Shown: one piece after another, positions 48,451-58,634 of the stretch | Layout: each line of letters starts with the position of its first letter | Position numbering within the stretch: the stretch's first letter is position 1 | Assembly: GCA_963676565.1 (NCBI GenBank) | Contig: OY781089.1 | Span: forward strand, 224,001-288,000 | Direction of reading: 5' to 3' | Length of the DNA stretch: 64,000 nt | Source: Halarcobacter sp. | GTDB lineage: Bacteria > Campylobacterota > Campylobacteria > Campylobacterales > Arcobacteraceae | Position numbers and translations under genes: made by a program | Notes under the pieces: generated by a model | The model's input: only the letters and a program-made list of their open reading frames with translations | Databases searched by the model: none | Told to the model about the DNA's origin: nothing

Positions 48451-50593
48451 CTAAATTTGCTTTAAACAACTCCTCTTTTGAACCATCAAAAGCTATTTGT
48501 CCATCATCTAAGATTATAACCCTATCAACAAGTTGAAGAAGCGAAGTTTTATGAGTAACTATTACTAATGTTTTGTTTTTAATAATTCTTTCAATTTTTG
48601 ATATAAAAGCCTTTTCTGTTTGTCTATCCATAGCATTTGTAGGTTCATCAAGCATCAATATACTTGGATTTGAGACTAAAGCCCTTGCAAGGGTTACAGA
48701 TTGTCGTTCCCCTCCACTTAAACCTTCTCCTCTTTCACCAACCATTAAATCAAAACCAGCTTCATGTTTCCCTAAAAACTCATCAAGTCCTGCAATTTTT
48801 GATACATTTATAAGTTCTTCATCTGATACATATTGTTCCCCAATAGTTATATTATCTTTAATTGTTCCCATAAATAAAAATGGTTCTTGAGGTACACATC
48901 CAACAGCATGTCTTAAATCAATTGGATCTATTTGTCTTGTATCAACTCCATCAATTAAAACCGACCCATTAGTTGGTTCATAAAGATTCATAATAAGTTT
49001 TAATAAAGTAGATTTTCCAGAACCTATTTTTCCTAAGATTGCAATTTTTTCACCTTCATTTATTTTTAGGTTTAAATTTTTTATTGTTTGGTGATTTTGT
49101 TCTTTATATGAAAAATTTAGATTTTTCAATACAATTTCACCTTTTAAATTTGGTCTACTTATATAAGTTTTATCCTCTTTTTCAAGTGGCATGTTCATTA
49201 CTTCATCTAAATTTTTTAAAGATAGCATTGTTTTATCAAATCTTATTAACAAACCAACTAGTTGAGAAATAGGCGAAATAACTCTTCCATTCAATATCAT
49301 AGCTGCAATAATAGCACCCATTGTAATTTCACCTTCAGAGGCTAAATAAACACCACCTGCAACTATTGCAATATTTGAAAACTGTGAAATAAAAGCTGTA
49401 AAAAAAGTGATGCTTTGAGATAAGAAATGACCCTTATCGGCATAATGAACTGTTTTAGTAACTGATTGATCCCAGTTTGTTCTCATCCTATTTTGGGCTC
49501 TTACACTTTTAATTATTTCTAAACCTGTTACAGATTCAATCAAAGTTGTTTGCTTAATTTGCTCCTCTTTAACAGATTTTTCAATTAGTTGTTTTAAAGG
49601 TCTTTGCATATACCACGAAGTAATCAATGAAATAATCACAGTTGTAATTGTAATGTAAGCTAAAGGACCACCTATATAAAATATCACACCAATAAATATT
49701 ATTACAAAAGGAAAATCTACAAAAGCAGCAATAGTAGCACTTGTAAAAAATTCTCTCACTGTTTCAAAAGATTGTAGTCTACTTACAAATTGTCCGGTAG
49801 AAGCTGGTTTTGATTCCATTTTTATATTTAATACATGATTGAAAATTCTATTGGCAACTAATGTATCTGTTCTTTTACTTGCTACTCCTAAAAAGTAAGA
49901 CCTTAAAACTTTAAGAATAAAATCAAAAAACATAACTAAAGATATCCCAATAAATAAAGCCCACATTGTTTCAATTGCATTATTAGGAAGTACTCTATCA
50001 TATACATTCATTGTAAAAAGAGGTGTTGCAAGAATAAAAAGATTTATAAAAAGTGAAACCATAATCACTTGCTTATAAATCCCTTTGTTTTTAAATAATG
50101 TTCCCCAAAACCACTCTTTAGGGTTTTCAACAAGAACCTCTTTTTCAACTCTATTATTAAAATTGAACTCTGGTTTTATAATTATTAATTCCCCAGTATA
50201 TTCAGAATTTAATTTATCTAAATCAATAGTTGTTTCCCCAGAACTTAATCCTGGCATTATAACTTTTGCAAGACCTTCTTTTTCATCATAATCTAGTAAT
50301 ATACAAGATCTATCATTATCCAATAAAAGAACAGAGGGTAAAGCCAATTTCGTAAGTTTAGTGATTTTTCTTTTTACAATTTTACTTGCAAGCCCAATTC
50401 TATTAGCAGATTCAATAAACATATCAATATTTAATGATCTATTATGAACTGGTAAATTAAACTTTAAAGATTCAGCAGAGGTTTCCCTTTTATGATATTT
50501 AGCAAGAAAGAGTAAACACTCAAGTAAAGTGTCTACTCTTCTTCTATCTTTTAAATTATTAAAGTTTTCTTCTAAGCCATTTTTATCTTGCAA
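48431..50593 (-). CDS. Type I secretion ABC transporter (LapB/HlyB family with C39-like domain)
   Basis: FTMNVYDRVLPN, Walker A GKIGSGKST, LSGGERQ, LMLDEPT. Confidence 0.95.
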   Translation of the reverse strand: MQDKNGLEENFNNLKDRRRVDTLLECLLFLAKYHKRETSAESLKFNLPVHNRSLNIDMFIESANRIGLASKIVKRKITKLTKLALPSVLLLDNDRSCILLDYDEKEGLAKVIMPGLSSGETTIDLDKLNSEYTGELIIIKPEFNFNNRVEKEVLVENPKEWFWGTLFKNKGIYKQVIMVSLFINLFILATPLFTMNVYDRVLPNNAIETMWALFIGISLVMFFDFILKVLRSYFLGVASKRTDTLVANRIFNHVLNIKMESKPASTGQFVSRLQSFETVREFFTSATIAAFVDFPFVIIFIGVIFYIGGPLAYITITTVIISLITSWYMQRPLKQLIEKSVKEEQIKQTTLIESVTGLEIIKSVRAQNRMRTNWDQSVTKTVHYADKGHFLSQSITFFTAFISQFSNIAIVAGGVYLASEGEITMGAIIAAMILNGRVISPISQLVGLLIRFDKTMLSLKNLDEVMNMPLEKEDKTYISRPNLKGEIVLKNLNFSYKEQNHQTIKNLNLKINEGEKIAILGKIGSGKSTLLKLIMNLYEPTNGSVLIDGVDTRQIDPIDLRHAVGCVPQEPFLFMGTIKDNITIGEQYVSDEELINVSKIAGLDEFLGKHEAGFDLMVGERGEGLSGGERQSVTLARALVSNPSILMLDEPTNAMDRQTEKAFISKIERIIKNKTLVIVTHKTSLLQLVDRVIILDDGQIAFDGSKEELFKANLGGNNGK

Positions 50594-50608
50594 GTTAAAT
50601 CCAATATT

Positions 50609-52411
50609 TTAATTATATTTCGCGTATAAAGCCTGATGTTTACTTATATTATCAACATAAGGTTTACCAGATAAAATACTTGGACTTAATGATTTAAGTG
50701 CCTCTTTCGCCTCTTTTACAGAACTATAAACTCCATATAAAACTTTTGCACTTTTCATACTAGGTCCAAATTCAAAGGCATAAGCATTATCTCCAAGGTT
50801 ATTTTCTTTTATGAATTTACTTGCTTCAACCATTCCATTTTTTGTAGCAATATTAATTGTAAAGAAATTTTTTGGAGCTTCTAGAAAAGACTTATATTCT
50901 GAAGTTGCCATTTTCATCGCATCAGATGATGCTTTTTTAGTGATTTCACTATCCATTGAACTTGCAACAGCTGTAGTATCTAAACCTAACTCATTTCTAA
51001 TTAGTTTACTATCAGAAGTACTAATTAAACCATTTAATTGTGATTCTGTTTCTTTATCTTGTTTTTTAGGGCTATAATCAATCACTCTTGGTTGAACATT
51101 TGCACAATCTTGATTAGGGTTAGACAAAATTGTATCAGTTAACATTGATAGATTAAACATTAAATCATAGTAATTATTTAATGCTGCATATTCCATATTT
51201 ATTAAACTTTTTGAAGAGTTATAAAGTTCAGTCTCTGCATCTAAGATATCAACAAAAGTTCTCGTACCAGCTTCAAATTCATTTCTATAAGCTTCAACAA
51301 TATTTACATTTGCTTCCACATATTTTGTTAATGCTTCAACTCTTTTTTTATATTTAAAATATTTACTATAAGTAGATTTTACATCTGCAACTACTTCATT
51401 AGTAATATTTTCTAATGTCTTTTTTCTCTCTTGTAGGAATATTTTCTCTTGTTCTGATCTAACGGAATCTCTATTACCATTATATAAGTTCCAATTTAGA
51501 TTTAATCTAGCATATGCATCTTTTTGTGTACCATTTTCATTTAACTCTAAATCATCATCAATAGATGCTTTTAATTCTAAATTTAAATTTGGAAGAAATT
51601 TTGAATCGTATTGTGCAATCTTTTCTCTTTGTTTTTTTATATTTTCAATCTCTTCTTGAATTCTATAATTTCTTAAAACAGCAAGTTCAATTGCTTCTTT
51701 TAATGTTCCAGGTACTTTTGATTCATCTATAGTTGGTCTACAAACATTACCTTTTGGTTCAGAACCAACAAATTTAAAATAATTTGCAATACCTGTATCT
51801 TTTAAATCTTGTTCTTCAATGTAACTATCTGTAACAAAATGTAGCTTTGAAGATACTTGATAGGTTTCTAAAACTTCCCCACTAATCTCTTCTTTTTCTT
51901 TTGCTGTAACTAAATTGTCTTCATGAACTTGAAGCATACTTTGTGATAAAACAATTCTTTCATCAAATTTAACTAAATCATTATATACTCTAACAGTATC
52001 TAAAATAGTATTTTCAATGGCATATAAACTTCTAAATTTATTTGCAAAATTTTGATGTTTCATTTCGCTAACTTGAGAAGGGGTTTCTCCACCATCATAT
52101 AAATACTGTCTTAAAATTATAGCTGCGTTGTAACCATCTTCAGTAGTGTTCACATCAGGAGTTGCATCATCAAAATCTTTATCAATTTTCGCAGTTTCTA
52201 AATATGATTCAAAATCTAATGTTGGTAGGTATAAACCTTCCCTATCATCAACATACATTCTATATGCTTCTTGATTTTTTCTCTCAGCTATAATATCTGG
52301 ATTATTATTAAGTGTTAACTCGACTGTATCTCTTAAACTATTTGCAAAAGAAGAAACAGATAATACTGCTAATCCTATACCAATACCAATAAATGCCATA
52401 CCCCGTTTCAT
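50609..52411 (-). CDS. TolC/LapE-family outer membrane protein with a C-terminal SPOR-like extension
   Basis: Signal peptide, NNPDI, YLPTLD, EFEAGTRTFVDILDAETEL; last ~90 aa FTINIAT...KVLYGVYSSVKEAKEALKSL...KPYV. Confidence 0.88.
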   Translation of the reverse strand: MKRGMAFIGIGIGLAVLSVSSFANSLRDTVELTLNNNPDIIAERKNQEAYRMYVDDREGLYLPTLDFESYLETAKIDKDFDDATPDVNTTEDGYNAAIILRQYLYDGGETPSQVSEMKHQNFANKFRSLYAIENTILDTVRVYNDLVKFDERIVLSQSMLQVHEDNLVTAKEKEEISGEVLETYQVSSKLHFVTDSYIEEQDLKDTGIANYFKFVGSEPKGNVCRPTIDESKVPGTLKEAIELAVLRNYRIQEEIENIKKQREKIAQYDSKFLPNLNLELKASIDDDLELNENGTQKDAYARLNLNWNLYNGNRDSVRSEQEKIFLQERKKTLENITNEVVADVKSTYSKYFKYKKRVEALTKYVEANVNIVEAYRNEFEAGTRTFVDILDAETELYNSSKSLINMEYAALNNYYDLMFNLSMLTDTILSNPNQDCANVQPRVIDYSPKKQDKETESQLNGLISTSDSKLIRNELGLDTTAVASSMDSEITKKASSDAMKMATSEYKSFLEAPKNFFTINIATKNGMVEASKFIKENNLGDNAYAFEFGPSMKSAKVLYGVYSSVKEAKEALKSLSPSILSGKPYVDNISKHQALYAKYN

Positions 52412-52525
52412 ATATTACCCCTTAAATAATTCTTAAGATTAATTTATAATTTTTAATTTTAAACTTTAATTATAAATTATTTTATTATCTTACATTTCAC
52501 TTATTCTAGCATAAAAAGATTAAAA

Positions 52526-53245
52526 ATGTATAGATTTGATAAAAATAATAAAAAAAATTTTAAATTTATTCTAAATTACCTTAATATATTGTATATTGAG
52601 GATGAAAAAAACATAAAAGAAAACATTGAGAAAACCTTAAAACTGATGGTTTCAAATGTTTTTTCATGTGAAAACATTGAAGAAGCAAAAAAAATCATTG
52701 AAAATAAAAGAATTGATTTAATTATTTCAGATATTAATTTACCAGGACAAAATGGCCTTGATTTTGTTGAAATGTTAAGAGAATGTAATAATATAACTCC
52801 AGTTATTTTATTATCAGCATATACCCAAAAAGATTATTTATTGAAAGCGACAAGATTAAAGCTTGTTGATTATCTAGTTAAGCCTATAAATTTTGATGAA
52901 CTAAAAAATTGTTTATATAGAGCTTGTGAAGAGATAATTGAAAAAGGTTTATTCATAATAAGTTTTGAGGAAGAGATCTCTTACAATGTTTTACAAAAGA
53001 AACTTTATTCAAAAGATGAGAAAACAATAGATTTAACACATAAAGAGATTTTACTTCTTGAATACTTAATTGAAAACAATAATAGAGTTGTAACCCATCA
53101 AGAGATTAAGGATCATATTTGGGAAGATATTTTTGAAGCAAGCGATTCTGCATTAAAAAATTTACTTAATAAACTTAGAAAAAAAATTGGTAAAAATAGC
53201 ATTGAAAACATTTCAGGGGTTGGATTTAGAATACATTTAAGTTAA
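52526..53245 (+). CDS. OmpR-family response regulator, divergent from the T1SS operon
   Basis: YIEDE, IISDINLPGQNG (Asp intact), YLVKP, LKNLLNKLRKKI...GVGFR. Confidence 0.92.
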   Translation: MYRFDKNNKKNFKFILNYLNILYIEDEKNIKENIEKTLKLMVSNVFSCENIEEAKKIIENKRIDLIISDINLPGQNGLDFVEMLRECNNITPVILLSAYTQKDYLLKATRLKLVDYLVKPINFDELKNCLYRACEEIIEKGLFIISFEEEISYNVLQKKLYSKDEKTIDLTHKEILLLEYLIENNNRVVTHQEIKDHIWEDIFEASDSALKNLLNKLRKKIGKNSIENISGVGFRIHLS

Positions 53246-53278
53246 AATATACTTTATAATATATCTAAAGGTTTAATC

Positions 53279-53581
53279 ATAAAAAAGTTTACTAGTTATA
53301 CACTTATTATAGTTTCAATTATCATAATTTTTTTTATTGGTGGATCAAACTACTTACACTATAAAATGAAAAAAGAATATCTTACTTATACTTTAATAAA
53401 CAGCGAAATACAAACTTTAAACGATATCTATTCATTATGTTCTGGATTAGTTTTAGCAAATCCAACAAAAGAAAATGTTGATAGTTGTAATTTTGTTTAT
53501 AAAAAAATTGAATATAAAATTGAAGAAGTGAAAGAAAAGTCACCACATATTTATTTTTATACAAAATATATAAGTGGCTAA
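53279..53581 (+). CDS. Small hypothetical protein, probably membrane-anchored (possible ATA start; ORF track starts at 53366)
   Basis: Frame is open upstream of ATG 53366 and encodes KKFTSYTLIIVSIIIIFFIGGS; AAAGG at 53267-53271 and TATAAT at 53255-53260 precede ATA 53279. Confidence 0.5.
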   Translation: MKKFTSYTLIIVSIIIIFFIGGSNYLHYKMKKEYLTYTLINSEIQTLNDIYSLCSGLVLANPTKENVDSCNFVYKKIEYKIEEVKEKSPHIYFYTKYISG

Positions 53582-53845
53582 AAAAAAGAGTACCATAAGG
53601 AATACTTATGATACTCTAATAGATATGCATGAAATTAATCAATGTAATGATAACCCTAATATCATTAATCTACCCTTAATTTAGTATAATTTTTACTTAT
53701 AATACTAACTTATTATAAGATTTTATCTTTAATATTAATTAAAATAATATTTATTTCTATTATAATATTTATACAGTTTAGTAATAATCTTGAAACTAAA
53801 ACTTACTATACTGTTAACTTAAATTATCAAACCAAAGGATAAAAT

Positions 53846-54328
53846 TTGCTTGCTACATTTCCAAATGATGACCGCTACAAAATGGTTGAAAAAACAATGA
53901 AGAAACTAAGTTATGATAGAAGTGCATTAATTGAAACACTACACACTGCACAAGAAACTTTTGGTTATTTAGAAAATGAAACTCTAAAATTTATAGCTAG
54001 AAGATTAAAACTTCCATATTCAAAAGTTTATGGAGTTGCAACTTTTTATCATTTTTTTAGACTTAAACCAAAGGGGAAACATACAGTTGTAGTTTGCATG
54101 GGAACTGCATGTTATATTAAAGATGCAAATAAGATTCTAGAAAAACTGGAAAATAAATTTAATATAAAAGCAGGAGAAACAACAAAGGATGGTTTACTTT
54201 CCCTTATAAGTGCAAGATGTGTTGGTTCATGTTCTTTAGCTCCCATAGCAATTTATGATAACAAAGCAATAGGACATTTAAGTATAGAACAATCTATTGA
54301 AGAGGCACAGGAGTTAATAAAATGTTAA
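53846..54328 (+). CDS. hoxE: Bidirectional hydrogenase diaphorase subunit E (2Fe-2S, NuoE-like)
   Basis: LIETLHTAQETFGYL, VYGVATFYHFF, CMGTAC...CVGSC; TTG start after AAGGA. Confidence 0.9.
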   Translation: MLATFPNDDRYKMVEKTMKKLSYDRSALIETLHTAQETFGYLENETLKFIARRLKLPYSKVYGVATFYHFFRLKPKGKHTVVVCMGTACYIKDANKILEKLENKFNIKAGETTKDGLLSLISARCVGSCSLAPIAIYDNKAIGHLSIEQSIEEAQELIKC

Positions 54329-55941
54329 ACTCATTAGAAGAATTAATTGAATTAGCAAGTGAGAAAAGAGATTTAAAAAGAAATTCTCACGAGGAATTAA
54401 GAGTTTGTATAGGAAGTTCATGTGCAGCCTTAAATGCAAACGACCTATTAAAAGATTTAAAAAAAGAGGTTAAAGAAAATAACCTTGATAAAAGATGCAA
54501 AGTAAAAGGTGTAGGATGTAATGGACTTTGCTCTGAAGCTATTATGGTTGCCCATTATCATAAAGTAGGTGAAAGGGAATCAATTTATAGTTTTATTGAC
54601 AGTTCAAATACAAAAGATTTTATTGATACTTTAAATACTGAAACTCCTATAGAAGAAAAAAAATGTGATATATCAAAACCATTCTTTACAAGACAAGAAA
54701 AAATAGTTTTAGAAAATGCAGGAATAGTTGACCCAGATGATATTGATGATTATATTGCATATGATGGTTATCAAGCATTTTATAAAGCTTTAGATGAAAT
54801 GAGTCCTCAAGAAGTAATTAATGAGATTAAAACAAGTGGACTTCGAGGTAGAGGTGGAGGTGGATATCCAACAGGATTAAAATGGGATTCTGTTGCCAAA
54901 GTGGATGCTGATCAAAAATATATAGTTTGTAATGGTGATGAAGGTGACCCCGGAGCCTTTATGGATAGAGCCATAATGGAAGCAGATCCCCATAAAATAA
55001 TTGAGGGTATGGCTTTAGCAGGATATGCATGTGGTGCAACAAAAGGTTATATATATGTAAGAGCTGAATATCCAATTGCTGTTCAAAAACTAAATAAAGC
55101 AATCAAACAAGCAAGAAAAAAGGGGATTTTAGGAACTCAAATTGCTGATAGTGGTTTTAGCTTCGATTTAGAAGTTAGACTTGGTGGTGGAGCCTTTGTT
55201 TGTGGAGAAGCAACAGCCCTTGTTACATCAATTGAAGGAAATCGTGGAAACCCTAGACAAAAGCCACCACACTTAAGTGATTATGGTTTATGGAAATCTC
55301 CAACAATTTTAAATAATGTAGAAACCTTTGCAAATATAGCTCCAATTATTAGAAAAGGTGGAGAATGGTTTAAATCTTTTGGAACTGAAAAATCTCCTGG
55401 AACAAAAGTATTTGCATTAACTGGACATATTAAAAATACTGGATTAGTTGAAGTTCCTATGGGAATAACACTAAGGGAACTTATTTTTGAAGTTGGAGGA
55501 GGATTAGCTGAAGGGACAAAGTTAAAAGCTATTCAAACAGGTGGGCCAAGCGGTGGTTGTATTCCCGTTGAACTACTTGATACACCAGTTGATTATGAAT
55601 CTTTAAAAGAGATAGGTTCAATCATGGGAAGTGGTGGACTAATAGTTATGGATGATAGTTCAAATATGGTTGAAGTAGCTAGATTCTTTATGGATTTTTG
55701 TCAAAGTGAATCTTGTGGAAAATGTGTTCCATGCAGAGTTGGAACTTTAGAATTAACACAATTACTTGATAAGTTTATTGCTAAAAAAGCAACAAAAAGT
55801 GATTATGAATTATTAAAAAATATGTGTGAAGTTGTGCAGGATACAAGTCTATGTGGACTTGGACAAACAGCACCAAATCCAGTACTTAGTACAATAAAAT
55901 ATTTTGAAGAAGAGTATTTAGAAGGGATAATAAATGATTAA
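54322..55941 (+). CDS. hoxF: Bidirectional hydrogenase diaphorase subunit F (FMN/NAD-binding)
   Basis: GLRGRGGGGYPTG, CNGDEGDPGAFMDR, FVCGEATAL, ESCGKCVPCRVG, SLCGLG; N-terminal 2Fe-2S domain. Confidence 0.93.
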   Translation: MLNSLEELIELASEKRDLKRNSHEELRVCIGSSCAALNANDLLKDLKKEVKENNLDKRCKVKGVGCNGLCSEAIMVAHYHKVGERESIYSFIDSSNTKDFIDTLNTETPIEEKKCDISKPFFTRQEKIVLENAGIVDPDDIDDYIAYDGYQAFYKALDEMSPQEVINEIKTSGLRGRGGGGYPTGLKWDSVAKVDADQKYIVCNGDEGDPGAFMDRAIMEADPHKIIEGMALAGYACGATKGYIYVRAEYPIAVQKLNKAIKQARKKGILGTQIADSGFSFDLEVRLGGGAFVCGEATALVTSIEGNRGNPRQKPPHLSDYGLWKSPTILNNVETFANIAPIIRKGGEWFKSFGTEKSPGTKVFALTGHIKNTGLVEVPMGITLRELIFEVGGGLAEGTKLKAIQTGGPSGGCIPVELLDTPVDYESLKEIGSIMGSGGLIVMDDSSNMVEVARFFMDFCQSESCGKCVPCRVGTLELTQLLDKFIAKKATKSDYELLKNMCEVVQDTSLCGLGQTAPNPVLSTIKYFEEEYLEGIIND

Positions 55942-56653
55942 AGAAAAAGTTAGAGTAAAAACCTTTAAAATAAATGATATTGATGTGACAGGAAAATCAA
56001 ATTCTTCAATACTTGAAGTAGCAACCGAACATGATATTAAAATACCAACTTTGTGTTATATGAAAGGTTTAAGTGCCGTTGGATCTTGTAGAATGTGCTT
56101 AGTAGAAGTAAAAGGAAGTGATAAACTAATTCCTGCATGTACTTCAAAAATAAAAGAAGGAATGGAAGTTATTACAAACTCTCCAAAGCTTGAAAGCCAT
56201 AGAAAAATGGTTTTATCTATGATATTTGCAGAAAGAACTCACACTTGTAGTGTTTGTGTATCAAATGGTCATTGTGAACTACAAGATCAAGCAATAGAAC
56301 TTGGACTTGAACACTCTCATGTTCCATATATTAATAAAAACTTTGAAATTGATGCATCACATAAAGATTATGTTTATGACCCAAATAGATGTATCTTATG
56401 TACTAGATGTGTTAGAGTTTGTGATGAAGTTGAAGGTGCCCATGCTTTAGATATCTTTGGCCGTGGAATTGATGCTAAGATTATTCATGATATGGATGAA
56501 CCATGGGCAGACAGTGAAAGCTGTACTTCTTGTGGAAAATGTGTGCAGGTATGTCCAACTGGGTCATTATTTGAAAAAGGTGTAAGTTCAACAGAGATGG
56601 TTAAAAAGAAAAATATTGTAACAAACCTAATTCAAATGAGGGAAAATAGATGA
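55934..56653 (+). CDS. hoxU: Bidirectional hydrogenase subunit U (Fe-S)
   Basis: IPTLC...GSCRMCLVE, HTCSVC..NGHCELQ, CILCTRCVRVC, CTSCGKCVQVCPTG. Confidence 0.93.
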   Translation: MIKEKVRVKTFKINDIDVTGKSNSSILEVATEHDIKIPTLCYMKGLSAVGSCRMCLVEVKGSDKLIPACTSKIKEGMEVITNSPKLESHRKMVLSMIFAERTHTCSVCVSNGHCELQDQAIELGLEHSHVPYINKNFEIDASHKDYVYDPNRCILCTRCVRVCDEVEGAHALDIFGRGIDAKIIHDMDEPWADSESCTSCGKCVQVCPTGSLFEKGVSSTEMVKKKNIVTNLIQMRENR

Positions 56654-57186
56654 AAAAGATAAAAGTAGGAACAGTTTGGCTTGATGGTTGTTCTGGTTGT
56701 CATATGTCTTTTCTAGACATGGATGAAAGAATTGTTGAATTATCTGAATATATGGATGTAGTTTATTCTCCTTATGTTGATGCAAAAGAGATTCCAAATG
56801 AACTTGATTTATTCATAGTTGAAGGGGCTTTAAGTACAGATCATGATATTAAAATTATAAAAGAGATTCGAAAAAATTCGAAAAAAATCTTAGCATTGGG
56901 TGATTGTGCAATTACAGGAAATGTATCTGCATTAAAAAACCTAGCAGGAACCGATGCAGTTTTAGAAAAAGGATATTTTGACCTAGCTGATTTTAATAAA
57001 GGTAAATACCCAGATAAGGTAATTCCAAAACTTTTAGACAAGGTTATCCCTCTTAATGAAGCTATAGATGTTGATTATTTTGTTCCTGGCTGCCCAACTC
57101 CAGCAGATGCAATTTATGCAGTGTTAAAAGGTCTTATTGAAGGTGTTGAAGTTGATGTTAGTAAATATACAAGATTTGGCTTATAG
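56650..57186 (+). CDS. hoxY: [NiFe]-hydrogenase small subunit Y
   Basis: WLDGCSGCHMSFLDMDE, GDCA, PGCP; 178 aa; no Tat signal. Confidence 0.93.
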   Translation: MKKIKVGTVWLDGCSGCHMSFLDMDERIVELSEYMDVVYSPYVDAKEIPNELDLFIVEGALSTDHDIKIIKEIRKNSKKILALGDCAITGNVSALKNLAGTDAVLEKGYFDLADFNKGKYPDKVIPKLLDKVIPLNEAIDVDYFVPGCPTPADAIYAVLKGLIEGVEVDVSKYTRFGL

Positions 57187-57195
57187 GAGAGATTT

Positions 57196-58626
57196 ATGGG
57201 AAAAGAAAAAATTGTAATTAGTCCAGTAACAAGAATAGAAGGGCATGCAAAAATCACTATTGATTTAGATGAAAATAAAAATGTTGAGGATGCGAGATTA
57301 CATGTAACTCAATATAGAGGTTTCGAAAAAATGTGTGAAGGAAGACCATACTCAGAGATGCCAGGACTAACTGCACGAACATGTGGAATTTGCCCAGTGA
57401 GTCATGCAATTTCATCTTCAAAAGCCTGTGATAATCTATTGGCCGTAAGACCTCCTAAAGCTGGAAGAAACTTAAGAAGAATAATAAACCTTGCTCAAAT
57501 CATCCAATCACATGCTTTAAATTTCTATCATCTTAGTTCCCCTGATTTTGTATTTGGTTTTGATGCAGCCCCTGAGGATAGAAATATTTTTAAACTTATG
57601 CAAACCCACCCTCAAATGGCAAAGGATGGAATAAAACTTAGAGCTTTTGGTCAAAAAATAATTGAAACCCTTGGAGGGAAAAGAATACATCCAACATGGA
57701 TTGTTCCAGGTGGTGTTAGTCATGAAATAAGCGTGGAAACCAAAGATTCTATCTTAGCTTCAATTCCTGAAGCTTTAGAGATTGCACAAACAGCCTTAAA
57801 ATACTTTACTGAGAACTTACATAAATTTCAAAAAGAGATTGATTCTTTCGCAAACTTTCCATCTTTATTTATGGGATTAGTAAACAAAAAAGGTAATCTT
57901 GAACACTATGATGGATTTTTAAGATTTATAGATAGTCAAGGAAATATCTTAGAAGATGGAATTGATCCAAGATTTTATAAAGATTATATTGGAGAAGCAG
58001 TTGAAGAGGATAGTTATTTAAAATCTCCATATTATAAACCACTTGGATACCCAAATGGTATGTATAGAGTAGGTCCTCTTGCTAGACTAAATATCGCAAA
58101 TGCTTGTGGAACTCCTCTTGCTGATATTGAATTTGAAAAGTTTAAAAATATAAATAATGGTAAACCAGTACTTAATACTTTTTATTACCATTATGCAAGA
58201 TTAATTGAGATTATATATGGAATTGAAAGAATTGAACAACTACTAAATGAACCACAAACACTTGATACTCAAATTAGAGCCCATGCAAATATTAATAGAA
58301 ACCAAGGTGTTGGGTGTTCTGAAGCTCCAAGGGGAACATTATTCCATGATTACCAAAGTGATGATAATGGGATAATTACAGGTGTTAATCTAATCATTGC
58401 AACAGGTAACAATAACCTTGCAATGAATGCAGGGGTTAAACAAGTTGCCCAAACTTTTCTAGATGGAAATGATATAAAAGAGGGAGCACTTAATAGAGTT
58501 GAAGCTGTTATTAGATGTTTTGACCCATGTCTTAGTTGTTCTACCCATGCTCAAGGAATTGTCTCTTCAACAATTGAGATTAGAGATGAAAAGAAAAATA
58601 TAATTGAAACTATAAGAAGAGGATAA
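57196..58626 (+). CDS. hoxH: [NiFe]-hydrogenase large subunit H (group 3d)
   Basis: PVTRIEGHAKI, L1 motif RTCGICPVSH, L2 motif DPCLSCSTH with a cleavable C-terminal extension. Confidence 0.95.
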   Translation: MGKEKIVISPVTRIEGHAKITIDLDENKNVEDARLHVTQYRGFEKMCEGRPYSEMPGLTARTCGICPVSHAISSSKACDNLLAVRPPKAGRNLRRIINLAQIIQSHALNFYHLSSPDFVFGFDAAPEDRNIFKLMQTHPQMAKDGIKLRAFGQKIIETLGGKRIHPTWIVPGGVSHEISVETKDSILASIPEALEIAQTALKYFTENLHKFQKEIDSFANFPSLFMGLVNKKGNLEHYDGFLRFIDSQGNILEDGIDPRFYKDYIGEAVEEDSYLKSPYYKPLGYPNGMYRVGPLARLNIANACGTPLADIEFEKFKNINNGKPVLNTFYYHYARLIEIIYGIERIEQLLNEPQTLDTQIRAHANINRNQGVGCSEAPRGTLFHDYQSDDNGIITGVNLIIATGNNNLAMNAGVKQVAQTFLDGNDIKEGALNRVEAVIRCFDPCLSCSTHAQGIVSSTIEIRDEKKNIIETIRRG

Positions 58627-58634
58627 ATCAAAAA

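Noticed and set aside
52526..53581. Stop-codon read-through fusing the response regulator to the downstream in-frame ORF
   Set aside because: The stop is TAA, and a separate -10 and SD lie in between, so independent initiation is simpler.
53846..56653. Complex I nuoEFG or a formate dehydrogenase diaphorase
   Set aside because: Followed directly by [NiFe] small and large subunits and a maturation protease; no membrane Nuo or molybdopterin subunit.
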